A DNA stretch of 52,874 nucleotides, taken from the IMG/VR virus record IMGVR_UViG_3300017650_000224, positions 1-52,874 of that record, one strand, 5' to 3'. The position numbers were made by a program, and so were the translations under genes. Shown piece by piece: positions 19,464-29,247 of this stretch (position 1 is its first letter; each line of letters starts with the position of its first letter). The notes under the pieces were generated by a model. It was not told the origin of the DNA. It worked only from the letters and a program-made list of their open reading frames with translations, and did not search any database. The stretch comes from a virus. Its lineage: Duplodnaviria > Caudoviricetes.

Positions 19464-19643
19464 GTGAAATATTTGATGATGCTATTCGCGATCGCCTGCT
19501 GGGCCTTCGCCTTCTGGGTTAGCGGGCGTTTAGTATCTGATATTCAATTCATACTCATGGCGATCGGGATCGTAGGTGGCGGGATTTTCGTAGGGTTTGC
19601 TGCCGTTCTGATCGAGATAGAGGTGTCGCGGCGCAGCCGCTGA
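19464..19643 (+). CDS. Small 2-TM membrane protein (moron)
   Basis: GTG start, 59 aa, hydrophobic, lower GC, opposite strand within the tail operon. Confidence 0.6.
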   Translation: MKYLMMLFAIACWAFAFWVSGRLVSDIQFILMAIGIVGGGIFVGFAAVLIEIEVSRRSR

Positions 19644-19647
19644 CACC

Positions 19648-19836
19648 CTACCCCACAACCCGCGCCACCATCTCCAGGTGCTCGTCATAACTGGGCGCGT
19701 CAGGCTCCTGCTCGCCGCCCTTGCTGGCGACAAACCCATCAACCGCCGCGGTTAACTCCCAGAGCGTCATGCGGTCCACGTCCTGCGGAGTGTATCGCAG
19801 CGCACCGCCGAGGCCGTAAAAGGCCGAGAACTTCAA
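19648..19836 (-). CDS. Tail assembly chaperone, frameshifted C-terminal part (gpGT-like)
   Basis: TPQDVDRMTLWE motif; in the -1 frame of the upstream chaperone. Confidence 0.75.
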   Translation of the reverse strand: MKFSAFYGLGGALRYTPQDVDRMTLWELTAAVDGFVASKGGEQEPDAPSYDEHLEMVARVVG

Positions 19837-20333
19837 CTTGCCGTTGCTGTCGCTTCCGCTGTCGGCGTCGTCTCCGTCACGGCCACCGACTTTCCCACCG
19901 GGTCATCAGGCTCCGGCATAATGGCGTGCATCAGGATTTCCACCGCGAGCGGCCTATATTCCACGAGCGGGTATTTGTGAATCTGGTCGACATAGCGCGC
20001 CAGAACCACCGAAACTTCGCTGGGGGTCATGCCGCCGCCGATCAGACCAAGCCGGATCGGCTCGCGAATATCGTTGATGCGCCAGTCCCCGCCAATTGAG
20101 CGGAGAATGGAATAGATAGTGAGTTCGGCCCGAAACTCGTCACTTTCGGGACCTCCGAAGTCATCAGGGTTGGGCTCGCCGCGCCCGGCGACCTGCGGCT
20201 GAAAACTGACAAGTCGGGCGAGAATTGTGGCCGGGCCGGCATCGCATTTTTCCTGCAACTCACGAAGTTCGCCAATTGCCAGCCTAAAGCGGCGGTTTTC
20301 CCCGCCCAGCTCAGCCTCATAGAATGCGCCCAT
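19833..20333 (-). CDS. Tail tube assembly chaperone (GTA gp10-like, gpG)
   Basis: FRLAIGELRELQEKCDAGP and DIREPIRLGLIGGGM. Confidence 0.8.
   Translation of the reverse strand: MGAFYEAELGGENRRFRLAIGELRELQEKCDAGPATILARLVSFQPQVAGRGEPNPDDFGGPESDEFRAELTIYSILRSIGGDWRINDIREPIRLGLIGGGMTPSEVSVVLARYVDQIHKYPLVEYRPLAVEILMHAIMPEPDDPVGKSVAVTETTPTAEATATAS
19890..19896 (-). other. Programmed -1 frameshift site G GGA AAG
   Basis: Identical to the lambda G/T slippery heptamer; the -1 frame is open into 19648..19836. Confidence 0.85.
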
Positions 20334-20767
20334 TACTCTGCCGCCACCCAAGCGATCTCGCCATCGGACTGGAGCGCCACCGTGGCCGACACATAACCCT
20401 TACCCTCCTTGGCGACGCCAAGTGAGGTCATGACGTACCGACCTTCAAAATACCCACCGCCGGCCTGCGATGTTAGGTCGAGCATAACACGCACGTTAAA
20501 CGGTTCGCCGGAAAGCATGTGATCGCGGAGCACTCCGAAACTCAATGGATCCATAGTGCCGGCGCCGTTAATGCCGGCCGAAAGCGTATCGATGGAGCGC
20601 AGTACCCAAGCCGGAGCATCAGGATTTTCACAGTTGGGCTCGGTCGCATCTACGGTCGTGCCTTCAATCGTAAAGTCCTGGGACGTATTGATCGTGCAAT
20701 TGTAGGCGAAAACTTCGGGATCATCCCCATCGCCGAACTGGATAAGAAGCTTCTTCGTGGTCGCCAA
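20333..20767 (-). CDS. Major tail tube protein
   Basis: TTG start with GGAGG SD; LLIQFGDG..PEVF, ends LQSDGEIAW. Confidence 0.85.
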   Translation of the reverse strand: MATTKKLLIQFGDGDDPEVFAYNCTINTSQDFTIEGTTVDATEPNCENPDAPAWVLRSIDTLSAGINGAGTMDPLSFGVLRDHMLSGEPFNVRVMLDLTSQAGGGYFEGRYVMTSLGVAKEGKGYVSATVALQSDGEIAWVAAE

Positions 20768-20778
20768 TGCGGCCTCCA

Positions 20779-20806
20779 TAAAAGAAAAGGCCACCCGAAG
20801 GCGGCC
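20779..20806 (-). terminator. Terminator-like hairpin upstream of the tail tube gene
   Basis: GGCCGCC-TTCG-GGTGGCC followed by TTTTCTTTT. Confidence 0.55.
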
Positions 20807-20836
20807 ACATGTTTCTGTCTGTGTGTGGGGGTGCGG

Positions 20837-21232
20837 TTAAGCGGGCTGCGCTTCTACCGTCACCATGATGCGGGCCCGATGCAGTTCGGTGTTGTCTTCC
20901 CGGCTGTAGAAAATACCATCGACTCGCGCACGATCGACGACGAAACCAGCCACCGAAATGTCAGTTTCGTGCAGCAGATCGCGTACCTTCGGGGCAATGG
21001 ATTTTACCTCGTTCGAGGACGGCGTGTTCGACCACACGTCGAGTTGAAGCATGACCTCCGAACGGTCCCAGCACGCCTCATCAATCGGCACCGACGAGGG
21101 CACCGAAACCGATATGTATGGGAACGCGGAAGTCTGTGGCACGTAATCGTGCACTCGCTGGCCAATTTCGGTGATACTGGTTCGTATCAGCCCCATGATG
21201 GCGAACTGCACGGCGAATGTAGGATCAGCCAT
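20837..21232 (-). CDS. Tail terminator (DUF3168/gp17-like)
   Basis: RVHDYVP..FPYISV and LQLDVWS. Confidence 0.8.
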   Translation of the reverse strand: MADPTFAVQFAIMGLIRTSITEIGQRVHDYVPQTSAFPYISVSVPSSVPIDEACWDRSEVMLQLDVWSNTPSSNEVKSIAPKVRDLLHETDISVAGFVVDRARVDGIFYSREDNTELHRARIMVTVEAQPA

Positions 21233-21578
21233 TCGGTGTTTCAGCCTCCACCACGAATTCTAGCCAAGCGCGCTTGCCGTCAGGATCGTGCACCGGTGAG
21301 CGCAGCTCCAGCACTTCATTGGTCCGAGCGTCGACCAGCCGCCAGTCGTGCCTGATGGCCCGTGTGGTGGCTGCATTGCGCACCCGCACGACATAGGGCT
21401 GCTTGCCGGTTAGGCGCGCAGCAATGACGGCCTCCCCGCCTCGCATGGGGCGGAACTCGGCCGCTACAGTGAACTGGGTTTCAAACTCGCCAGCGCCGGG
21501 CGTTACGCCGCCCCAGCCATCCGAAAGGTCACCCCTCTTCTGAGCGTGCACCCGCCGGTTCAGCTTGCCTGCTGCCAT
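21225..21578 (-). CDS. Head closure / head-tail adaptor
   Basis: MAAGKLNRRV, GGEAVIAARLTGKQP. Confidence 0.8.
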   Translation of the reverse strand: MAAGKLNRRVHAQKRGDLSDGWGGVTPGAGEFETQFTVAAEFRPMRGGEAVIAARLTGKQPYVVRVRNAATTRAIRHDWRLVDARTNEVLELRSPVHDPDGKRAWLEFVVEAETPNG

Positions 21579-21741
21579 CGGCCACCCCCTTCGCCTTGAC
21601 CACACGCACAGCCTTGCCAGCCGCCACAGCGGCTTCGGCGCATGGCGTCACCACCATGCCGGACCAGCCCTTGCGGTAAGCGATTGTCACGCCCTGCTTG
21701 GGGCTCCAATCCATGTCTGCGGTGAAACGAACGCGGGGCAT
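21529..21741 (-). CDS. Small head-tail region protein
   Basis: MPRVRFTADMDWSP...CAEAAVAAGKA. Confidence 0.6.
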   Translation of the reverse strand: MPRVRFTADMDWSPKQGVTIAYRKGWSGMVVTPCAEAAVAAGKAVRVVKAKGVADGSRQAEPAGARSEEG

Positions 21742-21742
21742 G

Positions 21743-22081
21743 TCAGCAATCCTCCGGCATGGTCCGCCACACCCGATACGGTGCCAACAGCCGTCGCACG
21801 ACTGGCGACAGCATCGCTTCACCGGCGTTGCTTTCCGGCGGCTCGCGGCGCTCGTACAACTCACCGGTCAGCAGCAAGATCGCTGCAGCGATAGGCGGCG
21901 TGATCACCATGGCGTGCGGGTCATCTTCGGGTAGGCTTTCGCCTTCCGCCAGAACTGCGCGGTCGAGATATTCGATCACCGTGGTTTCGGCGGCGGCGAG
22001 ATAAACGGCGATTTCGCCATTCTCATCGTCCCAGTCGACCCGCAGATGCTTCTTGGCGAGCGCAAGGTCGACGAGCGCCAT
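21743..22081 (-). CDS. Head-tail connector (HK97 gp6-like)
   Basis: AKKHLRVD, AAILLLTGELYERRE, LLAPYR. Confidence 0.9.
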   Translation of the reverse strand: MALVDLALAKKHLRVDWDDENGEIAVYLAAAETTVIEYLDRAVLAEGESLPEDDPHAMVITPPIAAAILLLTGELYERREPPESNAGEAMLSPVVRRLLAPYRVWRTMPEDC

Positions 22082-22457
22082 CAGTCGCCCCCGCCGTCAG
22101 GCACAATGGTCAGCACGAATGCTTCCATATCCGCCGTGTCCTCGGCCCCATCGGTTACGCGAACCGATAAGTCGGTGAACTCACCAGCGTCGGTCGGCGT
22201 GCCGGAAACAGCGCCGGTCTCAGCGTCGACCGCGATTCCAGCAGGCCACGTTCCTACCAGCGAATAGACATAAGGCTCGACACCGCCCGTGGCGGTTACC
22301 GCGAACCCGTCATATGCTTCGTTTTCGACGCCCGCCGTTACCGGCGTCCCGCTTATTCCGAGCGGGTCCGGCGTCGGCGGTGCACCGCCACCGATAATCC
22401 CCGCGCCGATATAGCTGGCCGTCTTGCGCTTTCGACCTCTGTCTCGCGGTGTCGGCA

Positions 22458-22458
<1 letters not shown>
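22081..22458 (-). CDS. Ig-like (He_PIG) domain protein, probable capsid decoration
   Basis: ATGGVEPYVYSL...PAGIAVD..TGAVSGTPT..G.F...VRVTD. Confidence 0.75.
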
Positions 22459-22721
<263 letters not shown>

Positions 22722-22740
22722 GCAATCTCTCCTGAAGGGA

Positions 22741-22767
22741 GAGCGAGCGGCCGAAGCCGCCCGCTCT
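22741..22767 (-). terminator. Hairpin after the capsid gene
   Basis: GAGCGGGCGGC-TTCG-GCCGCTCGCTC. Confidence 0.55.
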
Positions 22768-22771
22768 TGGA

Positions 22772-23992
22772 TTACGGGCCGGTTGCAGGAAGAATGTCGC
22801 CGGTGACGAACGATTCAGGGCGCGGCACGATCAGTGCAAGACGCTCCTCAACGCGGATAGTCGCCATGTTCTTGACGAAATCATCCTCGTTCTCGGTGGA
22901 GAGAAGGACTTCAACGTCCATGCGGTCGAAGATTTGCGCGCCGAGATTGAACGCGCCCGTGAGGAACTCACCGGCGGCCATCGCCTGAGTGGCCACGACA
23001 GGCAGGTTCCACAACGTGGGCTGAATGCCCTGCTGCGCGTTCCCAACGATGTAATTGCCACCGGCATCCTTCGTCAGTTCAATGCGCGCCCAGTCAGTCG
23101 GGTGGAGCACAAAGCCAGTTGCAGGATACTCAGCAAGCGCAACCTGAAGAACCGCGAGACGCAGACGGTCAATTGCCGTCTCATCGGTCGGCGCGAACGC
23201 TGGAGCGAAGGCCGTGGCCTGGGGAACAAGTCCCTCAAGGTTCTGGCCAGTGCCGTCACCATTGAGGATCTGGCCCTCTTCAACGTACTTCAGGCCATAG
23301 GTGCCGCGAGCGTTGATGTAGCTGGCAATGCCGACCGCATCATCGAGCATCTGGCGCGAAATCTTGAAGATATGGGCCAGAGTGCGAACAGGCGCACTTT
23401 CCATGTTGAAGGTCAGGTCAGACTTCGGCTTCAGCGCACCCTCCGCGACTGGCGCAGCGGCGTTGGTGAAGCCCGTTTCCTTGACGTACTCAATGACGTT
23501 CGACGAGGTCACGCCCTGAGCCAGCAAGTCCCGGATGGTCATCTGTCGATTGGGCGGGGCAATGATGCCAGCCAGACGATGGCCCGGCACCAGCGACGTT
23601 CCCTGCGAGCGTCCAGCGCCAACGGTGGTGTCGGCCGACGTGATGTCAGCGCGTTCCGCCTTGACGCGGATCGAGCCGCGAGAGGCGCCGGAGAGGTCAG
23701 CCGCCTTGAACGCGGCAGACTCCACGAGGTAGTCGCCGAGCCCCTTGAAGCCTTCCTCGCCAATTTCACGCTCACGCGCGGCGCGCTTTTCGAGTTCGCC
23801 AAGGCGTGTGGTCGCCGAACCAAGTTCGGACAGCGCCTTGTCGACCTTCTCAGTCAGCTCAGTGGAAGCTTCGCCATTTGCGGCCAGCTTGTCCTGGAAC
23901 TCTGTTCCGAGATTGCCAACGGTTTCCTTGATGGCAGCCAAAGAGGTGCCAAGCTCGCCGATCTTCTCGACGAGTGCGGTATTTTCAGACAT
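22772..23992 (-). CDS. Major capsid protein, HK97 fold
   Basis: Coiled-coil delta domain, VAEGALKP, ILNGDGTG, FVKNMATIRVEER. Confidence 0.95.
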   Translation of the reverse strand: MSENTALVEKIGELGTSLAAIKETVGNLGTEFQDKLAANGEASTELTEKVDKALSELGSATTRLGELEKRAAREREIGEEGFKGLGDYLVESAAFKAADLSGASRGSIRVKAERADITSADTTVGAGRSQGTSLVPGHRLAGIIAPPNRQMTIRDLLAQGVTSSNVIEYVKETGFTNAAAPVAEGALKPKSDLTFNMESAPVRTLAHIFKISRQMLDDAVGIASYINARGTYGLKYVEEGQILNGDGTGQNLEGLVPQATAFAPAFAPTDETAIDRLRLAVLQVALAEYPATGFVLHPTDWARIELTKDAGGNYIVGNAQQGIQPTLWNLPVVATQAMAAGEFLTGAFNLGAQIFDRMDVEVLLSTENEDDFVKNMATIRVEERLALIVPRPESFVTGDILPATGP

Positions 23993-24003
23993 GTACGGGT
24001 ATC

Positions 24004-25137
24004 CTATTTAGGAAAAGACTGTGCGATAGCGAGCGCGTCGCCGGCGGCTGCCAGCGCTTCATTCACGGCTGCCATCAATGTTGCTTCGCCCTCATCAGGT
24101 TCCCCCTGATCAATCTTGAAGTAGAGCCGGGCTGCCCGCTCTGCCTCCGATTTCGAGAATCCCATCAGTCCCCTGATGCCGTTCTCGAACTCGCGAATTG
24201 TGACCTGATCGCCAGCCCTCATGGCCGCGAGCAGGTATTCTGCATCCTCAGCGCGCTGGCCGTTAGCCGCGCGCAGCTTTCGGACTGGCTCGGGTGTTTG
24301 GTCGGCGCCAAAGCGCGCCAGCGTCTGCGCGAGCGTACCGATACGATCGGCCATGCCCTTCTCGACAAGCTCCTCGGCGAAGAACACGCGACCTTGGCCG
24401 TAATCCTTTTCGACCTTGGCCACGGTCACACCGCGCCCATCGGCCACTGCCTGCACGAACCGGCCATATGACCGCGCCACGCGCTCCTCGATGAACGCCA
24501 ATGCATCTTCGCCCAGCGGCTCGGTCTCGTTGCCCTCGACCTTGTGCTCGCCGGCTGCGATATAGGTCCGCTTCACGCCGGCTTTTTCGAGCGCTACGGA
24601 AATGTCTTCGTGCACCGTGTAAACGCCGATCGAGCCGGCGCGGGCGCTCGGAGACACTACGATCTCGTCGGCCTGGCTGGCTATCCAGTAGGCTGCGCTT
24701 GCCGCCAAATGGTTCACCTGCGCGATGATTGGCTTATCGCCACCACGCAGCGCGCGGATTTCATCGCCAAGCTCTTGCGCCCCCGGCACGGCTCCGCCGG
24801 GGCTATCGATGTCGAGCACGACCGCCTTTACATCCGGGTCGGCAAGCGCCGCGTGCAGCGCTTTCTGTAGCGCTGTGTACGACGTGCCGCCGGAAATCTC
24901 GGTCATCAGGTCCATCTTGGGGGCCAAGACGCCAGAGACCGGAATGACCGCGACGGCACCTTCGCGCCGCGCGATCTCGCCGTCCTGTTTCTTGGTAATC
25001 CGCGCAGCCATTTCATCGGCCGCGACAGCGCCGCCGGCAGCCTTGAACGCAAGGAAGTCAGCAATAACCGACACCTTTGAGCGCTCCATAGCCCACGGCT
25101 CCGCCGCGAAGGCGGATAGAACGTGTTGGTATTTCAT
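24004..25137 (-). CDS. Prohead protease, S49 (SppA-like)
   Basis: LDIDSPGG, AASAAYWIAS, GSIGV. Confidence 0.9.
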   Translation of the reverse strand: MKYQHVLSAFAAEPWAMERSKVSVIADFLAFKAAGGAVAADEMAARITKKQDGEIARREGAVAVIPVSGVLAPKMDLMTEISGGTSYTALQKALHAALADPDVKAVVLDIDSPGGAVPGAQELGDEIRALRGGDKPIIAQVNHLAASAAYWIASQADEIVVSPSARAGSIGVYTVHEDISVALEKAGVKRTYIAAGEHKVEGNETEPLGEDALAFIEERVARSYGRFVQAVADGRGVTVAKVEKDYGQGRVFFAEELVEKGMADRIGTLAQTLARFGADQTPEPVRKLRAANGQRAEDAEYLLAAMRAGDQVTIREFENGIRGLMGFSKSEAERAARLYFKIDQGEPDEGEATLMAAVNEALAAAGDALAIAQSFPK

Positions 25138-25151
25138 TGAGTGTCCTTGGA

Positions 25152-26384
25152 CTATGCCGCCGGTCTCGCCGGAGCCGGCGCCGCGGTGTTCTGGTTTGCG
25201 GCGACGCCGATCTGGTCGAGACGCTGCATGGTGCCGTTGACGATCGACTTATCCCCGCCAGCAGTCGGAGGCTTGCCTTCATAGGCCCGCGCTTCGTCGA
25301 CGTGGTAAATCCCGCTGTTGACCAACTTCGTGAGGAACTCTGCCCGCGCCGCGCTATCACCACGCAGCAGGTCTTCCATGTTGAACTTGACCTTGACCGT
25401 CTTGCGCTGCTCGGGCGTCAACAAATCGCGGTAGATGGCGTACTCGATACGCTTGAGCATTGGCCGCATGCAGGTCTTGGTGAACTGCAGAATGAGCTGC
25501 TCAATCCCGCTGCCCCATGCAGTGGCGTTATTGCCACCCACCATCACCGGCGGGATGCCATACACGCGGCAAATCTGCTCGACGATGTACTGACGGCTCT
25601 CAAGTAGCTGCGCGTCCTTCGGATTGATCGACATCGGGTAGGGCTTCATCCCGCCCTCAAGCGGCAATACCCCACCAGCCTTGTCGGCACCTGCGAACTG
25701 AGCGAACACATCGCCGATCTGCTTGCGCTGCTCGGGATTCAGAATCTGGTCGCTGGAGACGATCAGCGATGCCATGAGCCCGCTTTTCATCATTCGGCCA
25801 ACGGCCTTCTCGCCGGCCAGCGCGTTGCCAACCGTGTTCTTGGCGTACTCGATTGGCGAGAGCCCACGATCACACCCCGGTAGCGTTTTGCCCCGGACAT
25901 GAAACATGTTCTTTTCGCTAATGCGACGCTTCGTTCCGCCGTCCTCGGTAACCTCGTAAACACGCTCGTTGCGGCTGTTACGCTGCACGTCGACGGCAAG
26001 CGGCGCGTGCGGGTTGAGCGCCACAATCGCGCCGCTGCCGTTTCGCTTTATTTCCGCGAAAAAGTTTCCATCAAGACAGACGCACAGGGCGACCTGCGAC
26101 CAGAAATCCGGGGCCGTGTCGTCCATGTTCGGCAAGTAGTGCAGCAGTTCGAAGAGTGGGCTGTCCCGATCCTCTGTTACGCCATCAGCGCCGTACACGA
26201 CGCATGACAACGTTCCCACGGTATCAGAAATAAGCGTGGTGCAAGCCCACACCGCCTCCGATTGCAGCGCAGTTTCGTACGTGACTTTCTCGCCGCTCGT
26301 TGTCCCGAAGCCGAAAAAGCCCTTCCAAAAGGCGCCGTCGGTCAGCCGGATAACCCGACCAACCCACTTATCAATGAAGCCCAT
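25152..26384 (-). CDS. Portal protein, HK97 family
   Basis: GLSPI, DAQLLESR, ICRVYGIPP, LLRGD; ends AANQNTAAPAPARPAA. Confidence 0.95.
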   Translation of the reverse strand: MGFIDKWVGRVIRLTDGAFWKGFFGFGTTSGEKVTYETALQSEAVWACTTLISDTVGTLSCVVYGADGVTEDRDSPLFELLHYLPNMDDTAPDFWSQVALCVCLDGNFFAEIKRNGSGAIVALNPHAPLAVDVQRNSRNERVYEVTEDGGTKRRISEKNMFHVRGKTLPGCDRGLSPIEYAKNTVGNALAGEKAVGRMMKSGLMASLIVSSDQILNPEQRKQIGDVFAQFAGADKAGGVLPLEGGMKPYPMSINPKDAQLLESRQYIVEQICRVYGIPPVMVGGNNATAWGSGIEQLILQFTKTCMRPMLKRIEYAIYRDLLTPEQRKTVKVKFNMEDLLRGDSAARAEFLTKLVNSGIYHVDEARAYEGKPPTAGGDKSIVNGTMQRLDQIGVAANQNTAAPAPARPAA

Positions 26385-26391
26385 AGCGCCC

Positions 26392-27951
26392 CTACCAGGT
26401 ATAGAATGTCATGTTGTCGACGAAGTCACCGATGTTGCTACTGGCGACCTCGACGTATTCACTCGCCGCACCGCACGCCATCGCCAAACTCACCATGCCG
26501 TCGATACGGCCCCGGCTTTGCGATTTCGTCAGCTTGCGGTTGCCGGCGTCGTCCATCTTGGCCACCGCATTGGCAGCGCACATATTCAGGACCGGGTGTC
26601 CGCCGTGGCGCAGCTTTTCGTTTACGGCCCAGCTCTCAAGCTGCCGTAGCGCGGGCGACATAGAGACGAAGCCCTGCCCGAACTCCATGAACCGCTCGTC
26701 GATTTCGTCTTCGGTGAAACCCGCCCGCAGCAGACATGGCCGAAGATGCCGGAAGTTGTACCGGTCGAAAGCGATCTTCTGCACGTCCATGTCATCGAAG
26801 ACGCCGCGCAGATGCTCGGCGATGTAGTCGTATTCGATGCTGCGCGCGCCCGGCACCGTCTGCAGCTTCCCGTCCGCAGCCCAAACGTCATACGGCACCC
26901 GGTCGGACCGCGACCGCTCCAGCAGACCCTCGCCGGGTAGCCAGAACGTCGGCCGAACGTCCCACACTCCATCCTCGCCCGGCGCGATAAGCACCAGCGC
27001 AGTCAGGTCAGTGGTTTCGGACAAGTCCAGCCCGCCATAGACTGGCCTGCCCGAGAAGTCCCGGTTGGGCTCCCCGCCACAGGCCTCCCACACCGCACGC
27101 GGCATGAACGGGCTATTGACCTCGACGCGCCTGTTCAGAACGAGGTTCTCAAACTCGGCCTGTCGCGACGGCATGCGCTTGGCGTCTTCGGCCATCGCCA
27201 GCACTTCTTGCTGGTTCATGAACACGTCAAACGCTGGGTTAGCTGCCCGTATGGCGTCGACCGAAAAGGTCTCGACCTCATCCGGCGCTGTTTGGAAGCG
27301 CAGCACCGTTCGCGGGTCAGCCCCGGTCTTGGCGTCGTCAATCAGGACCGATAGCAAGTCCGCGTCGGTCGGGGCCTGTGTCGAGATGATAATCGACAGC
27401 GGCTCCTCTTGGGCGGCCGTTGCCGTCTCAAGCGCCTCATACAGCGCGGATCGCGGCCCCTTAACCTGGCCCAGCTCGTCGTGGATTGTCAGGATGGGGC
27501 TCAAGCCAAACGCGGTCGACGCCTCTGCCGATAGCGCCCGATAGAGCGTTCCAAGTTCCGCGCAGAACAACTGCTTGGCCGTGTCCCGAATGACGACGTA
27601 CTGCACCAGCGTCGGAGACATGCGCACCATCTTCGCGGCGAGCGCGAACAGAAGCGACGCCTGCTCGCGCGACTGCGCGGCGCTGAACAGCTGGCTGTTG
27701 TGGCGCACCTCCGGACCGCACAGGTGCAGCAACAGGATCATCGCGCTCTCGGTGGTCTTGGCGTTCTTGCGGCCCCGAGAGATAATTGCCCGCCGTGTTC
27801 CGTTTGGATTGTCGTAAATGGCGCGGAAGTCGTCCTTCATGAACTCCGCCATCTTCAGCGGCTGCCCAACGAACCTTCCTTCCGGGATGCGCAGATGCTC
27901 CTCGCACCAGCGAATGTTGCGCTCGGCGCGAGTCTCCGGGCTCCCCATCAA
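26392..27951 (-). CDS. terL: Terminase large subunit
   Basis: GRKNAKT Walker A, IHDE Walker B, GGLDLS, RIDG. Confidence 0.95.
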   Translation of the reverse strand: MMGSPETRAERNIRWCEEHLRIPEGRFVGQPLKMAEFMKDDFRAIYDNPNGTRRAIISRGRKNAKTTESAMILLLHLCGPEVRHNSQLFSAAQSREQASLLFALAAKMVRMSPTLVQYVVIRDTAKQLFCAELGTLYRALSAEASTAFGLSPILTIHDELGQVKGPRSALYEALETATAAQEEPLSIIISTQAPTDADLLSVLIDDAKTGADPRTVLRFQTAPDEVETFSVDAIRAANPAFDVFMNQQEVLAMAEDAKRMPSRQAEFENLVLNRRVEVNSPFMPRAVWEACGGEPNRDFSGRPVYGGLDLSETTDLTALVLIAPGEDGVWDVRPTFWLPGEGLLERSRSDRVPYDVWAADGKLQTVPGARSIEYDYIAEHLRGVFDDMDVQKIAFDRYNFRHLRPCLLRAGFTEDEIDERFMEFGQGFVSMSPALRQLESWAVNEKLRHGGHPVLNMCAANAVAKMDDAGNRKLTKSQSRGRIDGMVSLAMACGAASEYVEVASSNIGDFVDNMTFYTW

Positions 27952-28379
27952 TCCTCCCAGGGCTTCTTGGCCGCGCTGCCCGCCTTGTCAGCCCCTGTGC
28001 TCGCGTTCTTGGCGTTGTACCGGGATTGCTGCGTCAGCCTCATGCGCGTCGCCAGCGACGACATTGCGCGCCCTTCCCGCTCAGCCATTTTGGTCAACTT
28101 GTCGAAGCGCTCGGCGCCGTCTTCTATGGCCAGCTGCTCAACCGGGAACTTGTCCAGCACACCGGCCAGCTTGTCGGCGTTCTCGGCGTGCCGGACGTAC
28201 TGCACTAGCAGGCCGTGCGTCTCACGGGTGAACCAGTCAGCAGGCATCCGGCCGACGATCGCTTCCCACTCAGCTTTCTGGAATTTGGTCAAACCTCGCG
28301 GCGCAGCAGGACGCTGTCCCGGCAGTTGCGCGGTAGACACTTCCTTGCTCGCCGCAGACTTTCTGCCGCGGGCGGTCAT
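27948..28379 (-). CDS. terS: Terminase small subunit
   Basis: Upstream of terL; MRLTQQSR P27-like motif. Confidence 0.8.
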   Translation of the reverse strand: MTARGRKSAASKEVSTAQLPGQRPAAPRGLTKFQKAEWEAIVGRMPADWFTRETHGLLVQYVRHAENADKLAGVLDKFPVEQLAIEDGAERFDKLTKMAEREGRAMSSLATRMRLTQQSRYNAKNASTGADKAGSAAKKPWED

Positions 28380-28511
28380 AGCTATATCCTTGGAAAATCG
28401 TCCCGATCTGAATCGGTTTTTTGTTGCGGTTTATGAAGCGTTGTGCCCCCAGCCGGCAACCAAAGCCCCCGGTCGGCAACATTTGAATCCCCCCCGGACC
28501 TGTTTGGAATA

Positions 28512-28829
28512 TTATTCCAAAGGCCACCCGTCCGGCCCGAACGTCACGACCGTCTGGCCGAGGTCCTCCCGCTGCCCGCGAGACGCGTGGCAGGGCTTGC
28601 AAGTCGAGATGAACGGACCTTCCCAGAACTTCTGGATATCGCCCTTGTGACCACCATCGGAGTGGTGAACCTCGGTCGCGGGTTCGATGATGTCCATCTC
28701 CTGGCACCACGCGCACAGCGGGTGGAGCGACAGCTGATGCTCTCGCAGCCGGCGCCACCGGGCTGTGGAATACAGCCGTCGATAAGCGCGGGCAGCGTCG
28801 GAGCGTTGGTCAGCCACCAAAGCCCTCAC
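28512..28829 (-). CDS. HNH endonuclease (HK97 gp74-like terminase cofactor)
   Basis: WRRLR..QL..HPLC..C, CKPCH, DGWP end; upstream of terS. Confidence 0.85.
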   Translation of the reverse strand: MRALVADQRSDAARAYRRLYSTARWRRLREHQLSLHPLCAWCQEMDIIEPATEVHHSDGGHKGDIQKFWEGPFISTCKPCHASRGQREDLGQTVVTFGPDGWPLE

Positions 28830-28847
28830 GGCCCCAACCTTCGCGGG

Positions 28848-29057
28848 TCATGCTGCTTTGGTCTCGGGGCGAACGAACGGAATGACGTTGCGGGTTTCCC
28901 CCATTACGGCCTTGGATAGCGGCAGCGTGATGATCGCCTGCAACTCGCCGGTGTGCTGGTCTGCACCAACGCCAGTCACAACCGCGCCAGCGACAGGGCG
29001 ACCATCGCTGTAGAGGTGAAGTGCGCCTGCATGGTCTCGCAGAAGTTCGGTCGTCAT
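28848..29057 (-). CDS. Hypothetical protein
   Basis: GGAGGAG SD; NVIPF motif; ends ETKAA. Confidence 0.6.
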   Translation of the reverse strand: MTTELLRDHAGALHLYSDGRPVAGAVVTGVGADQHTGELQAIITLPLSKAVMGETRNVIPFVRPETKAA

Positions 29058-29071
29058 GTGCTCTCTCCTCC

Positions 29072-29100
29072 AAAGAAAAAGGCCCGCCGAAGCGAGCCTT
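29072..29100 (-). terminator. Intrinsic terminator
   Basis: AAGGCTCGC-TTCG-GCGGGCCTT followed by TTTCTTT. Confidence 0.65.
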
Positions 29101-29163
29101 GGATTGCGCTGCGATGCCGCAGCAGCGCCATAATTCACCCGCTTTCGGATGCCATGAGAGGCT

Positions 29164-29191
29164 CTTGAAAACGCTATGAGCCCGCCTAAAT
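29164..29191 (+). promoter_or_regulatory. Promoter of the DUF982 moron (RpoH/RpoD-like)
   Basis: CTTG-N17-CCTAAAT. Confidence 0.4.
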
Positions 29192-29247
29192 CCAATACCG
29201 GCGAGGGTTCCTCGTCGATCTCAAAAAATCAAGAACAAGAGGATGAG

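Noticed and set aside
22934-24109. Long + strand ORFs antisense to capsid, terminase, nuclease and clamp genes
   Set aside because: Shadow ORFs expected in high-GC coding DNA; no motifs or SD
28380-28511. Exact cos site
   Set aside because: The HNH-terS position suggests cos packaging, but the cut site cannot be identified by eye
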